Source of the DNA: Squalus acanthias
Lineage: Eukaryota
Assembly: GCA_030390025.1 (NCBI GenBank)
Contig: CM059433.1
Coordinates: 13,270,001 to 13,334,000, forward strand
DNA length: 64,000 nucleotides
Direction: 5' to 3'
Shown here: positions 62,965 through 64,000 of the stretch, piece after piece
Position numbering within the stretch: position 1 is the first letter of the stretch
Layout: each line of letters begins with the position of its first letter
Notes under the pieces: generated by a model
What the model saw: the letters and a program-made list of their open reading frames with translations, nothing else
Databases searched by the model: none
What the model was told of the DNA's origin: nothing
Made by a program: the position numbers and the translations under genes

Positions 62965-63640
62965 GGGCTGGATTTTGATACTGGGGTGGGTTGGAGTCGT
63001 GTCATCCACTTTTCGTGTTATCCACCCGACTGCAATTGGATGTGGGAGATTGATGCGATTTTCACCTAATTGGGCAATTGAGTTCCAGCATGTGGGAACC
63101 CATGAACCAATTAGTGTTTTCAGTCTGAAAGTCGCCTCTGATGATGTCATCATTGCTGCTGCATTGAAGGTCTGCAAAGACTGCCTGGCCTTTGCTGTGA
63201 GAGGACCTGGATGCAAAATGAGCAGCAGCAGCCCTAAGTCTGCTCCCAGATATTTTTGCACCACCACTCCCAGATATGTCCGTCCGTCCATCCATCCAGC
63301 CAAACAGCTAGCCAGCCAGCTGATAGTCAGCTATCCAAATGTGCTCCCGCCAGGTTTCACATTTGTGGTTCAGAACAGGCGTGGTTCACGTAGAAAAAGG
63401 GTTAAAATCACAAAGGCCTTTCAAAATGGCATTGTAGAGGCAATTTAGTGCTTGTTAAGGGCCTTAACAGCCTATCCCGCCTCTTAGAGGTGGGACGGAG
63501 TTGGGACCAGCAGACACAATTTAATGAAAATTGCGTGGAGGCGGGATGGAGGCGGGCTTGTGCCCGCCCGCCAGTTTTCGCAATTTTAACCCCCCACACG
63601 CCTCCAAACCCACCTCCACGGGTCAATGAAAATCCAGCCC
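62965..63640. mobile_element. Harbinger-type MITE
   Basis: TIRs GGGCTGGATTTT / AAAATCCAGCCC and TSD ATA. Inverted homolog of 32038-32638. Confidence 0.88.
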
Positions 63641-63651
63641 ATAGAGTCATA

Positions 63652-64000
63652 GGGCTGGATTTTACCAGCCCTAAGGAGGCGGGTTTGGAGGCGGGATTGC
63701 TGGGAAAGTCAAAAAGAATGGGAGCGGGTCCCGAACCCAATCCCAACCCGCCTCCAACCAATCTTCCCGGGAGTCGGGTCCCCAATTTGCACAGGAACCC
63801 GACTCCTAGCAGCGGGAAAGAGGATTATAGCCACTTAACTGCCTGTTAACAGTTAGTTAACAGGCAGTTAACAGGCTTTTCCCAATTTTTCGACTGCTGC
63901 TGCGGGCTTCCTGATGTCGGGAAACCCCGCCAGGGTAAGTGAGGCGTGCTGTGGGTCTGTTGTTATGTTGGTGTTTGGATGACAGCTGCAGAAGTGGTGT
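63652..64000. mobile_element. Second Harbinger-type element (runs off the right edge)
   Basis: Starts GGGCTGGATTTT after ATA. Shares GTTAACAGGCAGTTAA with 38538-38552. Confidence 0.75.

Noticed and set aside
15300..64000. TPO exons expected from PXDN-TPO synteny
   Set aside because: I found no recognisable peroxidase, CCP, EGF or transmembrane exon on the minus strand; the gene may lie beyond the window.

Overview
Vertebrate nuclear DNA, most likely a shark or other elasmobranch judging by the repeat families (CR1/HER1-type LINEs, SacSINE1-type DeuSINEs, L2, RTE, Penelope-like elements, PIF/Harbinger derivatives). The only host gene I can identify is the 3' end of peroxidasin (PXDN) on the + strand. 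It has four spliced coding exons (5055-5175, 8669-8807, 11217-11330, 12961-13086) encoding the proprotein-convertase site, a helical/coiled-coil segment and the vWC domain. A probable ~2.1 kb 3'UTR follows, carrying two miR-29 8mer sites. The rest of the window is intronic or intergenic and dominated by nested transposon fragments; nearly all ORFs in the supplied track are TE remnants or chance ORFs. The most notable signal is a set of minimal hammerhead-ribozyme motifs with compensatory stem changes in two Penelope-like families, several of which sit in small self-complementary insertions flanked by target-site duplications (TSDs). One such insertion lies in the last PXDN intron, where only the copy on the pre-mRNA strand has core mutations. 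Also present: a decayed U6 snRNA copy, many Harbinger-type MITEs carrying promoter motifs and splice donors, and a fossil two-ORF Harbinger. Repeat family names come from recognition by eye, and most repeat boundaries are approximate unless a TSD is given.
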